Below are positions 1-9,820 of a DNA stretch of 48,756 bases, in pieces. The stretch spans positions 1-48,756 of the forward strand of contig CAZOMD010000001.1 in NCBI GenBank assembly GCA_964580895.1, written 5' to 3'. The position numbers and the translations under genes are program-made. Position 1 is the first letter of the stretch. Each line of letters starts with the position of its first letter. The notes under the pieces are model-generated. The model saw nothing but the letters and a program-made list of their open reading frames with translations, made no database searches and was not told where the DNA came from. The stretch comes from an uncultured Planctomycetia bacterium (GTDB lineage: Bacteria; Omnitrophota; Gorgyraeia; Tantalellales; Tantalellaceae).

Positions 1-54
1 CTTCGACTATTCCTGCGAAGCTCAAGAGCGAAAGCATCTTGAGCGAAGCAGAAT
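1..54. repeat. Direct repeat, copy 1 of 2 (cut by window edge); partner at 366-419
   Basis: 54 nt match 366-419 with 2 mismatches. Contains the inverted repeat gctcaaga/tcttgagc. The two copies bracket the GIY-YIG ORF. Confidence 0.85.
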
Positions 55-299
55 CAAAGGAACCTTTTCCTAAGAAACGCAAACCCTGAACCAGATTTTA
101 AATATTTTTCAAATTCCTCGGCTTTATTCTTCTTTTCGAACGAAATGTATGTCCTCAATTTCCAGGGAGCATATTTTTTTGTATATTCCGAATCCCCCCG
201 ATTATGCTCTTTCAGCCGTCTTTCAATATCCCCGCTAACCCCGATATAGCATCTGTGGTAAAATTTTTCGCTTGTCAGTATATAAACAAAATACTCCAT
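54..299 (-). CDS. Small stand-alone GIY-YIG nuclease-domain protein (UPF0213-like)
   Basis: 81 aa. The pattern FVYILTS...YIGVSGDIERRLKEHN...K..PW fits the GIY-YIG core. Confidence 0.8.
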   Translation of the reverse strand: MEYFVYILTSEKFYHRCYIGVSGDIERRLKEHNRGDSEYTKKYAPWKLRTYISFEKKNKAEEFEKYLKSGSGFAFLRKRFL

Positions 300-365
300 A
301 ATCTTTTTTGTCCTACTTCGCTCTCCGACACGTTGCCCATGGTAGAGCTTCGTAGGGACATTCTG

Positions 366-419
366 CTTCGCCTCTTCCTGCGAAGCTCAAGAGCGAAAGC
401 ATCTTGAGCGAAGCAGAAT
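366..419. repeat. Direct repeat, copy 2; abuts the 3' end of tRNA-Gln
   Basis: Same 54-nt sequence as 1-54. ttctgcttcgc (361-371) pairs with gcgaagcagaa (408-418), enclosing the gctcaaga/tcttgagc hairpin. Confidence 0.85.
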
Positions 420-492
420 GGCTGGCGGGCAAGGATTTGAACCTTGACAAGCAGCTCCAAAAACTGCTGTGCTACCATTACACTACCCGCCA
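419..492 (-). tRNA. tRNA-Gln (anticodon UUG), CCA encoded
   Basis: Manual cloverleaf: acceptor TGGCGGG/CCCGCCA with the U1-A72 pair typical of bacterial tRNA-Gln. D stem GTGT/GCAC, anticodon stem GCAGT/GCTGC, loop TTTTGGA, T arm CAAGG-TTCAAAT-CCTTG, then G-CCA. 74 nt. Confidence 0.9.
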
Positions 493-660
493 AACACCGT
501 CAGTTATATCGTCATCCGTCCGCTATCTTCCTGTTCTTTGCGGGTCATCCGACAGCCGTTCGCTCTGCCCGACAACCATCAAAGAGGTCGACTCGTCCGC
601 TCTCTCCCCGTAGTAGCGGCTTGACCACGCTGGCAAGCGAGTGCTTTTGGCAACACCCAT

Positions 661-1194
661 TTACAGGACTATATCTTGTGCATCCTCATCGGACACGCTA
701 TCGCTAAGACTCTTTCTCGGAACGCTCTCCCGTGTCTTCGAGATCTTCTCTTCGAGCTTCGCCTCATTGCCGGCAAACTCTGAGGACCGCTTCTTTTCGT
801 CCGGTCCCGGACGCTTTTTACCGGCGTCGCTATTGTACGCCGCAAGTATCTGTTCCTGTATATATACTCTACATTCCTGGGTTATAGGGTGCGCGATATC
901 CATGTGGCTACTCTGGGAATCGCCCGGTCCGGCGTTTTCAGCCGGAGTCCGCCTATTCCCAAGCGGCGCGCCGCACTCATTACAAAACTTACTTCCTACA
1001 ACATTTTTAAACCGGCATTTTGGACAGGATTCCATAGCCTTTCTGGAAGGCATCGCGACAAAAAGCCCGTTATTGCCCTGTATGACCTTGACATTCCTGA
1101 CAACGAACCAATCGTCGAACGTCATGGTGGCAAAAGCCTTTAACTTGCCATCTTTGCTTTCTGTCGGGAAGATCCTTACCTCCGTAATTTTCAT
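661..1194 (-). CDS. spoVG: SpoVG-family protein with an inserted zinc ribbon and a long charged C-terminal tail
   Basis: MKITEVRIFP...KLKAFATMTFDDWFVVRNVKVIQGNNGLFVAMPSRK and DIAHPITQECR are the SpoVG core. CPKC...CNEC lies between them. Confidence 0.85.
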   Translation of the reverse strand: MKITEVRIFPTESKDGKLKAFATMTFDDWFVVRNVKVIQGNNGLFVAMPSRKAMESCPKCRFKNVVGSKFCNECGAPLGNRRTPAENAGPGDSQSSHMDIAHPITQECRVYIQEQILAAYNSDAGKKRPGPDEKKRSSEFAGNEAKLEEKISKTRESVPRKSLSDSVSDEDAQDIVL

Positions 1195-1277
1195 CTTTTG
1201 CTCCTTTCCGCTAGCTACACCCTTTCCAGTTGTACAATCCTAAAATATAATTATGGTCCGCTTCTGGTTTTTCTTTT

Positions 1278-2138
1278 TTAACAGGTCGTGGCCGTAAAAA
1301 CACGCCACCCCTCTTCCTCTCTAAAAACATTACATACGCGTCTATACGCGCTTAAAACGTCTTTTTCGCGAAATATCCCGAAAACCGTAGACCCACTTCC
1401 GGAAAGAAGCGTTCCTTCCGCGCCGGAAACTACAAGCTCGTCCATCGTTTGTTTCAAAACCGGAAATTCACGTAATACTATTGTTTGTAAATCGTTACGT
1501 AGATTTCTCGCTATTCCCGAAATATCGTTATTATCTAAAAAAGCGGTGAACATTGTATCAACCCCTCTATTTTTTGTCAAGGCAAAATGGGCGATCTGGC
1601 TATAGACGTCCTTTGTGTATATCTCGAAAGGGGGCGTAACAAGAATATGCCAAAATTTAGCCTGTCCTTTTAGCTCTTTTATGACATCGCCCCTTCCCGT
1701 ACCGAAAGCGAAACTGGTCCCGCCAAGAAAAAAGGGGATATCCGCTCCGAGCGAACGGCCTATGTCCATAAGCTCGTCTTTTTTTAAATGTACCCCGGAA
1801 ACCTCATTGATCCCCAAAAGAAGTGTCGCGACATCGCTTGAGCCTCCCCCAAGCCCGCCCCCTATCGGGATGGTTTTAAGCAGGTTTACCGCGAAATGTC
1901 CGCTGTAGCCGGTTTTTTCCTTAAAAGCTTTTATAGCCCTCATGAGAAGGCTTTTTTCATCAGTAGGTACACCTGGGGCGTCACAAGTTATAACGGTAAG
2001 TTCGGGGGTTATTTCAACCGTAAGGGAATCATATATGGAAACTCTTTCGAACAGGGTCTCGATCTCGTGATATCCGTCATCGCGCTTACCGACTATCCGT
2101 AGGTAAAGGTTTATTTTCGCAGGCGCAAGCAGTTTCAT
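1278..2138 (-). CDS. ispE: 4-diphosphocytidyl-2-C-methyl-D-erythritol kinase
   Basis: APAKINLYLRIVGKRDDGYHEIETLF and the GHMP-kinase loop PIGGGLGGGSSDVA. Confidence 0.9.
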   Translation of the reverse strand: MKLLAPAKINLYLRIVGKRDDGYHEIETLFERVSIYDSLTVEITPELTVITCDAPGVPTDEKSLLMRAIKAFKEKTGYSGHFAVNLLKTIPIGGGLGGGSSDVATLLLGINEVSGVHLKKDELMDIGRSLGADIPFFLGGTSFAFGTGRGDVIKELKGQAKFWHILVTPPFEIYTKDVYSQIAHFALTKNRGVDTMFTAFLDNNDISGIARNLRNDLQTIVLREFPVLKQTMDELVVSGAEGTLLSGSGSTVFGIFREKDVLSAYRRVCNVFREEEGWRVFTATTC

Positions 2139-2224
2139 CGTTTTGTGCCGAGAGAGCGCTCTCTTGAATTTTTACACCACGGTCCCGCGAAAAAACGATC
2201 GTGACGGATTCTTTCCCCGAAAAA

Positions 2225-3172
2225 TCATTTTTTCTTCTTCCCGACCAGTTTTTCCGCTTCTTCCACTATATTTTCTTCCGTTAGCCCAAAATACTTATAA
2301 AGTTCTTCCGGGCTGCCGCTAAGACCAAATTCGTCGATCACTCCCATCAATTTCATAGGGACCGGATAATTTTCGACCAATACTTCCGCGACAGCGCTTC
2401 CCATCCCGCCCGCGATAGTGTGTTCTTCGATCGTAAGGACCGCCCCGGTTTCCTTCGCCGCTTTGATTATGGTTTCCCTGTCTATGGGTTTGGGTGTATG
2501 AAGATTGATCACCCGGGCTTTTATCTTTTTCGCTCTAAGCTTTTCCGCGGCGGTAAGCGCGTCATGCACAAGATGCCCGCAGGCGATTATGGCGATATCA
2601 TCGCCTTCCGTAAGCGTAAGGGCTTTCCCTATAACAAAATCCTGTTTTGCCGCCAGAAAAGGCACTTTGGCCCTACCCAACCTCAGATAGACGGGCCCTT
2701 GTATACCAACGGCCTGCTTGGTCGCCAAATACGCCTCCTTCGAATCCGCCGGAACAACAACGGTCATGTTCGGGATTATCCTCATCAACGCGATCTCTTC
2801 CAAAGCCTGGTGAGTAGCGCCGTCTTCGCCGACCGATATCCCGCCGTGGCTTCCCGCGATATTAACGTTGAGGTTCATATACGCGACGGAAACCCTTACC
2901 TGGTCCCATGCCCTGCCGCTCGCGAACGCCCCGAACGTGCACGCGAACGGTATCTTGCCGGAAAGCGCGAACCCCGCCGCGGCGCTTATCATGTCCTGCT
3001 CGGCGACACCATGGCTTATAAACCTGGCGGGATATTTTTCCTTGAACCAGTGCGCCCTGACGGATTCGGTAAGATCAGCAGAAAGAACAACTACATCGGG
3101 GTTTTCCGCCCCTAATTCTAAAAGCGCTTTACCGAAACCGTCTCTTGTCGCTTCTCTTTTTACATCTCCCAT
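2225..3172 (-). CDS. Transketolase, C-terminal (pyrimidine-binding) subunit of a split enzyme
   Basis: 315 aa. The motifs FGKALLELG...VVVLSADL...GVAEQDM...GPVYLRLGR are typical of the split-transketolase C-terminal section. Confidence 0.85.
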   Translation of the reverse strand: MGDVKREATRDGFGKALLELGAENPDVVVLSADLTESVRAHWFKEKYPARFISHGVAEQDMISAAAGFALSGKIPFACTFGAFASGRAWDQVRVSVAYMNLNVNIAGSHGGISVGEDGATHQALEEIALMRIIPNMTVVVPADSKEAYLATKQAVGIQGPVYLRLGRAKVPFLAAKQDFVIGKALTLTEGDDIAIIACGHLVHDALTAAEKLRAKKIKARVINLHTPKPIDRETIIKAAKETGAVLTIEEHTIAGGMGSAVAEVLVENYPVPMKLMGVIDEFGLSGSPEELYKYFGLTEENIVEEAEKLVGKKKK

Positions 3173-3256
3173 TTACGCGCTCCGTTTCTATCTCGTATCG
3201 TTTTGGTTGGTGACATTGTATTTTTGGCCTAAACTCTATCCGGCCGGCTAACCACT

Positions 3257-4273
3257 CTAGAAATACTCGGACGGCGCCTGGACTATATCCCTTACGGATA
3301 GCCGTTTTTGTGAAAAATCATACACGTCGCGCCCGTTGACCACAAGGCGCGCGTTCTCAAGCTGGTCGATCATTATCAAGCTGTCGAAATCCGAAAATTT
3401 ATAGCCATAAAAGACCTCGTTGGCTATCTGCAATATTTTTTCTATTTTTTTAAGGCGCAGCTCTTTCGCCGATCCCTCGGCGGGCTGTTCTTCTATGTTA
3501 AAACTGAGCAGGAATGCCCGTATGCCTAAATCTTTTTTAAAAGCGCTTTCCGCGACGTGAAACTTAAAAAAAGGCTGGAGTTCCTTTTCTCGGTTAAAGT
3601 CGAGCTTGATCCGGTTAGAGATCTGCTCGGCGAGAAATTCCTCTTTCGTTATATCCTTAAGATAGAACCCTCCCCTCCAGTAACCAATATCGCTCAGCCT
3701 GGTCGGGGGGCTTCTAAAAAACTCTTCAAGCACTTTTTCTCTCGTGCCTTCTTCCACATCCATGCGGTCGAAGATCTGTTCGATCGAGCGTTCTTTTTTA
3801 GCCTGCGGCGTAAGATTTATGCTGAAAAGCGTGCGCTTGAAAGATTCGTTCCGCGATATGTTCTGGTACATCCCGAGTTTAACGTCATCGACGTATTTGA
3901 TGATGACTACCTGAAGTTCGGGAAGGCGCGGGTCCTGGGTCACAACACAGTAAAAATTAACGTCCGCGTCGGTGCTCAGGACTACCCGCGAGGCTATCAA
4001 AAGAAGGTTGCTGATCTTATCCCAAGCGTTTTCGCTGATCCCCATACCGACATCGAGAAGACCTTCCATGGGATAATATATGCCCATAGTCGAACCGGTG
4101 ACCGTAACTTCGACATCCATATTGTATTCGGACTTGCATACCGTTTTTACGGCTTCCGGGAGAGTTTCCTTCGGATACGTGGGCATACACCCTGACGCGA
4201 ACAACAATAAAGCTGATATTATGAACACCAGCCGTATGAAGAACCTGTCCTTAACCCAGATGGTCCGTATCAA
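3257..4273 (-). CDS. Hypothetical lipoprotein
   Basis: 338 aa. N-terminal hydrophobic segment ends in the lipobox LFASGC. I recognise no other domain. Confidence 0.6.
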   Translation of the reverse strand: MIRTIWVKDRFFIRLVFIISALLLFASGCMPTYPKETLPEAVKTVCKSEYNMDVEVTVTGSTMGIYYPMEGLLDVGMGISENAWDKISNLLLIASRVVLSTDADVNFYCVVTQDPRLPELQVVIIKYVDDVKLGMYQNISRNESFKRTLFSINLTPQAKKERSIEQIFDRMDVEEGTREKVLEEFFRSPPTRLSDIGYWRGGFYLKDITKEEFLAEQISNRIKLDFNREKELQPFFKFHVAESAFKKDLGIRAFLLSFNIEEQPAEGSAKELRLKKIEKILQIANEVFYGYKFSDFDSLIMIDQLENARLVVNGRDVYDFSQKRLSVRDIVQAPSEYF

Positions 4274-4295
4274 GCGCTTTCTCCTCTTATCTTAG

Positions 4296-5969
4296 TTATA
4301 TCTCGCCAAAGGGGCTTATGCCGGTATCGGCGATGGCTTCCTCGTGCCCGAATTCCCTGAAGATGGCGATTATCTCGTCATATTCGAGTTCTTCTCGTTT
4401 CAAAAGTTCCTGCGCGAATCTTTCCAATATCTCCCGTTTCAATGTCAGCGTCTTCTCCACTTCCTTAAGACAGCTGCTGAGTATCTGTTCCGTATCTTTA
4501 TTGAGCCGGACCATGAACTCTTCCGAGATCTGGTCTTTCGGAACTATGGTATAGTCGCCCAAAAGCCCTGACGGACCCATCCCAAGCTTCCATACCATAT
4601 TGTACGCTATGCCCATCGCCTGGGCGAAATCGCTGTTGGTCGACCCGGCTACGCCGGTCGTGCTGGTGTTAAATTTCAGTCTTTCCGCGACATAGGAACC
4701 GAGGCTGATCATTATCTCGGAAAGAAGGTGCTCCTTGGTCCTTGTGTGTAGTTCTTCTCTTTCGGGGTTCCACACCACACCGAGAGCGCCTCTTCGGGGA
4801 ATTATGCTGGCCTTGAAAACGGTCTTCGAAGGGGCCTTCAGGAACGTAACTATGAGGTGTCCCGATTCATGATAGGCCGTCATCTCTTTTTCTCTCGGGG
4901 TCATGGTAAGGCGGTATTTTATGCCGAGGTCCACGCGCTCAAAAGCTTCGCTCACCTCTTTAAGCCCTATCGAGGTCCTCTTGTTCCTGGTAGCTATCAG
5001 CGCCGATTCTTTGACTATATTCGCGATATCGGCGGGGCTTTTCCCTACCGCCCTCCTGGCAAGACGACCTACGTCAAGGTTCTCCTCGACTTTCACTTTT
5101 TTAAAATAGAACCTGAAAAGCTCTTCCCTGTCTTCCTGCGACGGCTTGGTCACGACGAATTTCCTGTCGAACCGGCCCGGCCGGAGCAGCGCCTGGTCAA
5201 GATGTTCTTCCTGCGCGTTGGTCGCCCCGATGACGACTATATTCTCCTCCTTGCCCTTAAGCCCGTCCATCTCGGCCAAGAGCTGGTTAAGAGTGCTGTT
5301 CGTTTCCTGCCCTCCCATAAAGCTGAAAGTCCTTGATCTTCCGATAGCGTCGATCTCATCGATAAAAATTATACATCCGCCGTACCCGAAGGCGAGATCC
5401 TTGGCTTTCTGGAATAATTTCCGGACACGCGAAGCCCCTACCCCCACAAAAACCTCGACAAATTCGCTGCCTGACATCGAGATAAAAGGCAGGTCCGCTT
5501 CCGTCGCAATCGCTTTCGCCATATATGTCTTCCCGCATCCCGGGGGCCCGAGCATAAGAAGCCCTTTTATCACACTGCCCCCCATCTTTCGTACATAGGC
5601 CCGGTCCTTGATAAGCTGTACTACTTCCCACGCTTCTTGTTTAGCGTCATGCATCCCTATTACGTCAGCCCAGCTTATGGAAACATCTTTCCCTTTGATG
5701 GGCGCCTTGTCGAGCTTGGCAAACCCTCCCCGCAGAAAAGTGAGGTACATGAACACGAATATTCCCGCGTGGATACCCGCCATGATGAATTGTACCGGCA
5801 TCGTCGCGAGGGTCATCTTGCGGTAAAAAGACTCAAGCGACATCATCCCTATTACCGAAAGTATCAGGAGTACAATAACGATCACTGTTACAATGATCCC
5901 CGTTTTATATTCCCTCATGAACATCAAAAATCTTCGGTTTAACATGCTTTTTCTCCTTAATGAGCACAT
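4296..5969 (-). CDS. FtsH-like AAA+ zinc metalloprotease with almost no extracytoplasmic loop
   Basis: Two TM helices about 15 aa apart. Walker A GPPGCGKT, Walker B IIFIDEID, and the zinc motif HESGH. The real start may be one of the downstream Met codons (MLNRR/MFMREY). Confidence 0.85.
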   Translation of the reverse strand: MCSLRRKSMLNRRFLMFMREYKTGIIVTVIVIVLLILSVIGMMSLESFYRKMTLATMPVQFIMAGIHAGIFVFMYLTFLRGGFAKLDKAPIKGKDVSISWADVIGMHDAKQEAWEVVQLIKDRAYVRKMGGSVIKGLLMLGPPGCGKTYMAKAIATEADLPFISMSGSEFVEVFVGVGASRVRKLFQKAKDLAFGYGGCIIFIDEIDAIGRSRTFSFMGGQETNSTLNQLLAEMDGLKGKEENIVVIGATNAQEEHLDQALLRPGRFDRKFVVTKPSQEDREELFRFYFKKVKVEENLDVGRLARRAVGKSPADIANIVKESALIATRNKRTSIGLKEVSEAFERVDLGIKYRLTMTPREKEMTAYHESGHLIVTFLKAPSKTVFKASIIPRRGALGVVWNPEREELHTRTKEHLLSEIMISLGSYVAERLKFNTSTTGVAGSTNSDFAQAMGIAYNMVWKLGMGPSGLLGDYTIVPKDQISEEFMVRLNKDTEQILSSCLKEVEKTLTLKREILERFAQELLKREELEYDEIIAIFREFGHEEAIADTGISPFGEI

Positions 5970-6071
5970 GATTTACGAACACGCCAGTGTGAGTAAATCA
6001 TAAGTGCGAATTAATCCTCCGCAGCCAAATAATATGTGAATCATTCGGCGAAGGAGGATCCTTTAATTTCC

Positions 6072-6911
6072 TTACATCAAGTTCTTTTCGGCTTTATCCA
6101 ATTCCGCCAAAGCCCGTTCCAATTCTTCTTTTTTGGGAGCGATGCCGTGCCATTCCACTTTGTTCTCCACGAACGACACCCCTTTCCCCTTCACAGTATG
6201 CGCGATCACGATCTGCGGCCGGCCTTTTACCGCCCTCGCCTCATTGAACGCCCTTTTCAAATCCTCAAAGTCATGACCATCGGCTTCGATAGCGTGCCAC
6301 CCGAAATTTTCCCATTTTTTCCGGTACTCCCCCTGCTCCTTGACTTCGCAGCATAACCCGTCTATCTGCAGTTTGTTGAAATCGATTATCCCGCAAAGAG
6401 AGTCCAACTTATAATGCGCCGCCGTCATTGCCGCTTCCCATATCTGACCTTCGTTGGTCTCCCCGTCGCCCATAAGGCAATATACCCGCGCGTTTATTTT
6501 ATCCATTCTGTCCGCCAGGGCCATGCCGACCGCCACGGAAAGCCCCTGCCCTAAAGACCCGCTGGAAATCTCAAGCCCTGGCAACCCTCTCTGCGGATGC
6601 CCCTGAAGCCTCGACCCCATTTTTCTTAAAGTCAGCAGTTCTTCCCCCGGGAAAAACCCGGCATCCGCGAGTACAGCGTAAAGCGCCGGGCATCCGTGTC
6701 CTTTTGAGAGAATGAACTTATCTCGTTCTCGCGATCCATAGTTTTTGGGCGATACGTTAAGAACTCCGCAGTAAAGGGTCAATAATATCTCAACTATCGA
6801 TAATGACCCTCCGGTATGTCCGCTCCCCGCCGCTTCAAGCATGGTAAGTATATCCCTACGTATCTTGATCGCCCTTTTCTTTAAATCCACTATGCTTTCG
6901 GTTTTTCCCAT
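6072..6911 (-). CDS. Transketolase, N-terminal (TPP-binding) subunit of a split enzyme
   Basis: 279 aa. Motifs GSGHTGGSLS, SKGHG.PALY, GSLGQGLS and GDGE.NEG. Confidence 0.88.
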   Translation of the reverse strand: MGKTESIVDLKKRAIKIRRDILTMLEAAGSGHTGGSLSIVEILLTLYCGVLNVSPKNYGSRERDKFILSKGHGCPALYAVLADAGFFPGEELLTLRKMGSRLQGHPQRGLPGLEISSGSLGQGLSVAVGMALADRMDKINARVYCLMGDGETNEGQIWEAAMTAAHYKLDSLCGIIDFNKLQIDGLCCEVKEQGEYRKKWENFGWHAIEADGHDFEDLKRAFNEARAVKGRPQIVIAHTVKGKGVSFVENKVEWHGIAPKKEELERALAELDKAEKNLM

Positions 6912-7015
6912 GTCGCCTTTCTATGATTTTAGATTTTTTACGGGACTCTGTCGTTCGGCCATCGCCCCTTTTGCCTGGTTCGCGGCCATCCGTCCCGGCC
7001 GGGAGGAAAGACCTT

Positions 7016-8557
7016 TCACTTCTGCAGCTGCCTTTTCCGGCCTTTTATCCGGTCCTTTTTCTTTAAGAGCTGTTCGTTGTCCGGAGATAGCTCAAGGGCT
7101 TTTTCCCATTCTTTAACCGCGTTATCCCATTCGTCAAGCGCGTAATACGCGTCGCCCAGATGTTCCCTTACGGTCGAATCGTCGGAAAGAAAGTCCACGG
7201 CTTTCCGGAGTTCTTCCAGCGCTTCGCGCAACATCCCTTTCTTGTAGTACGCCCAGCCCAAACTATCCAGATACGCGCCGTTATTCGGTTCTTTTTCAAG
7301 AGCGCGTTTTATATATCCGATAGCCCCGTCGAGATTTTCCCCTCTTTCAACATACAAATAGCCGAGATAATTAAGAACCTCGGGCAGATCATCGCCTTCT
7401 TCGATTATCCGCTCCATGATCTTTATCGCCTCGTCCGTACGTCCGGCCTTATCCATCGCCGCCGCCATATAGAACGTGTATCTTTTTTCGGACGGTTCTT
7501 TTTCTATCGCGATGGCGTAAAAATCCGCGGCTCTTTCATAATCCATTTCGACACTGGCCAAATAACCAAGGCCGGCATAGATCGACGAATCCGAGACCCC
7601 GTTGGCCAGAGCTTCTTTCAGTGTTTCTCTGGCTTTATCGTTTTGTTTATCCGAAAGATATATGCTGAAATTCCTGAGATACGGACCGGGTGAAGACACA
7701 TCCAGCCTCATTACTATCCTGTTCTGCTCTATCGCCTTTCCCAGCTCACCCAATCTATAATAGAGCTGCCCCAGGCGGATATAAGCCTCCGCATTCAGGG
7801 CGTCGATCTTAATCACATTCTTATACTGCTCGACCGCTTCGGAATATTTCCCGTCTATTTCGTAGATAAACCCAAGGACCATTTGCGCCTCGATGTATTC
7901 TTCATCGACTTCTACGGCCCTTTTCAGGTTTTTCTCGGCTTTGTCCAACAGGTTGAGCTTCCCATAAAGAAGACCGAGGTTCATATACAGTAGCGCGTCG
8001 TCGTTCCTTACTTCAAGTATCTTCTCATATACCTCCGCCGCCTTATCAAGTTTTTGCTGAAGGATGAAAAGATCCGAAAGGAACGTGAGCACTTTTATGT
8101 TGTTCGCGTCATACTCCAGAGCCTCTTCGTAATAAGCCTCCGCTTTCGAAAAATCGGTCTTAGCCGTATGGATTATGGCTAAAAGTATGTACGCCTTTAT
8201 GTTCTCGGGTTCGACCGTAACGGCTTTCTCCAGCATCTCCACGGCCTTGGCCAGATCGCCAAGAAGCATATGGTCGGATCCGAGCTTTAAATATATTTCC
8301 GCTATGTCCGTCCTGTATTTAAGTGAATCGTTATATTCGCCGATGGCCTTTTCGGTATCGCCGAAATTATCGTAGATCACCCCCATGATATAATGCGTGA
8401 GGGCGTTCGATTCCCTTCGGATATCGGGAGCCTGGCTTCTGGTCGTATCGACCGCTAATTCCTGTGCCTCGACTAGTATCTCCGCCCCAACATCCGTATG
8501 CCATAACCCGCATACAAAAAAACATCCGGCGGCGACACAGGACAAAAGCCGCCTCAT
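7016..8557 (-). CDS. Secreted tetratricopeptide (TPR) repeat protein
   Basis: 513 aa. N-terminal signal-like segment, then many 34-aa A..Y...L/A.P.N periodic repeats. Confidence 0.8.
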   Translation of the reverse strand: MRRLLSCVAAGCFFVCGLWHTDVGAEILVEAQELAVDTTRSQAPDIRRESNALTHYIMGVIYDNFGDTEKAIGEYNDSLKYRTDIAEIYLKLGSDHMLLGDLAKAVEMLEKAVTVEPENIKAYILLAIIHTAKTDFSKAEAYYEEALEYDANNIKVLTFLSDLFILQQKLDKAAEVYEKILEVRNDDALLYMNLGLLYGKLNLLDKAEKNLKRAVEVDEEYIEAQMVLGFIYEIDGKYSEAVEQYKNVIKIDALNAEAYIRLGQLYYRLGELGKAIEQNRIVMRLDVSSPGPYLRNFSIYLSDKQNDKARETLKEALANGVSDSSIYAGLGYLASVEMDYERAADFYAIAIEKEPSEKRYTFYMAAAMDKAGRTDEAIKIMERIIEEGDDLPEVLNYLGYLYVERGENLDGAIGYIKRALEKEPNNGAYLDSLGWAYYKKGMLREALEELRKAVDFLSDDSTVREHLGDAYYALDEWDNAVKEWEKALELSPDNEQLLKKKDRIKGRKRQLQK

Positions 8558-8705
8558 ACCTTCCTCTTCTTGTGCCGATCCCGTCTCATTCTTTTCTTGC
8601 GTTTATGTCGTTTGACTTTACGAAGTTTCCGTTTTCTTCCGCAGGGCATATGTTTTACACCTCCCGTTAATAGCGTATAGATGTTTCCCGTCGCAATCCC
8701 CGGTA

Positions 8706-9581
8706 CTAGTAGATAACCTTATTCAGCGGATATTCTATGATCCCCTGAGCGCCGGCTTTCCGTAATTCCGGGATGAGCCTTTTAACGTCTTCCTCGTCTA
8801 TTATCGTGTCTATATCTACCCACTCCTTGTCGTAAAGATACGAAACCGTGGGCGCTTTCATTGAAGGAAGTATGGCCACGATTTTTTTGAGATCGGCACT
8901 TTTCGCGTTAAGCTTTAGGCCGACTTTCCCTTCGGCGAGTATAGCGCCCCTGAGAAGGAGTACTATCCTCTCCATCCTTTCTCTTTTCCATTCATCCTTC
9001 CATGAATTTACGTTTGAAATGAACTGCGTGGTGGACTCACAGACCGTCTCTAATATGCGCAGCCCGTTAGCCTTTAGGCTCGCTCCCGTTTCCGTTACCT
9101 CCACTATGGCATCGATCCCCATCTTGGGCTTGACCTCGGTCGCCCCCCAGCTGAATTCCACCTCGGCCTTTACCCCCTTTGCTGCCAGATAATTGTTCGT
9201 CACATTAACAAGCTCCGTAGCGATCTTTTTCCCGTTAAGGTCTTTCACGCTATTTATGGAGGAATCGTTAAGAACCGCTATAACCCATTTCACGGGCTTC
9301 ATGCTCCGCTTGGCATATATCAGTTCCGCGACGCGTTCTACCTTTGAAGAGTTTTCCCGTATCCAATCTTCCCCGGTTATCCCGCAATCGACAATACCGT
9401 CTTCCACATAGCGCGATATCTCCTGCGCCCTGAAAAGTACCGGCTCTATATCCTCATCGTCTATACTAGGGAAATACGACCTTTCCGAAACCTTGATCTT
9501 GTATCCCGCTTTTTCAAATAGCCTTATAGTTGTTTCTTGAAGGCTTCCCTTGGGTATCCCGATACGTAATTTTTTTTCCAT
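8706..9581 (-). CDS. hisG: ATP phosphoribosyltransferase, long form
   Basis: LRIGIPKGSLQETTIRLFEKAGY at the N-terminus. 291 aa length includes a C-terminal regulatory domain. No other his genes are nearby. Confidence 0.85.
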   Translation of the reverse strand: MEKKLRIGIPKGSLQETTIRLFEKAGYKIKVSERSYFPSIDDEDIEPVLFRAQEISRYVEDGIVDCGITGEDWIRENSSKVERVAELIYAKRSMKPVKWVIAVLNDSSINSVKDLNGKKIATELVNVTNNYLAAKGVKAEVEFSWGATEVKPKMGIDAIVEVTETGASLKANGLRILETVCESTTQFISNVNSWKDEWKRERMERIVLLLRGAILAEGKVGLKLNAKSADLKKIVAILPSMKAPTVSYLYDKEWVDIDTIIDEEDVKRLIPELRKAGAQGIIEYPLNKVIY

Positions 9582-9723
9582 ACAGCATCCTTCACAACGG
9601 ACGATAAGGCATACTTTACCTTACCCAAAGATCTTCCCGGAAGGCATCCAGTTCCCTTCCGCGGCGATCTTTTCCCATTTTTAAGATTAATAATATCCCG
9701 TTTTGTGACGATTTTTCGTGTAA

Positions 9724-9752
9724 ATTGTATAACATTGGCAATTTATAGTCAA
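9724..9752 (-). promoter_or_regulatory. Putative sigma70-type promoter for hisG
   Basis: Minus strand reads TTGACT, 17 nt, TACAAT. This leaves a leader of about 135 nt containing a ggaagg/ccttcc hairpin. Confidence 0.4.
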
Positions 9753-9820
9753 GAACTTACGCCTCCCGGCCTTGTATTATAAGTAATTATTATCCGTAAA
9801 ACCCGTGTTTCAGATCTTTC

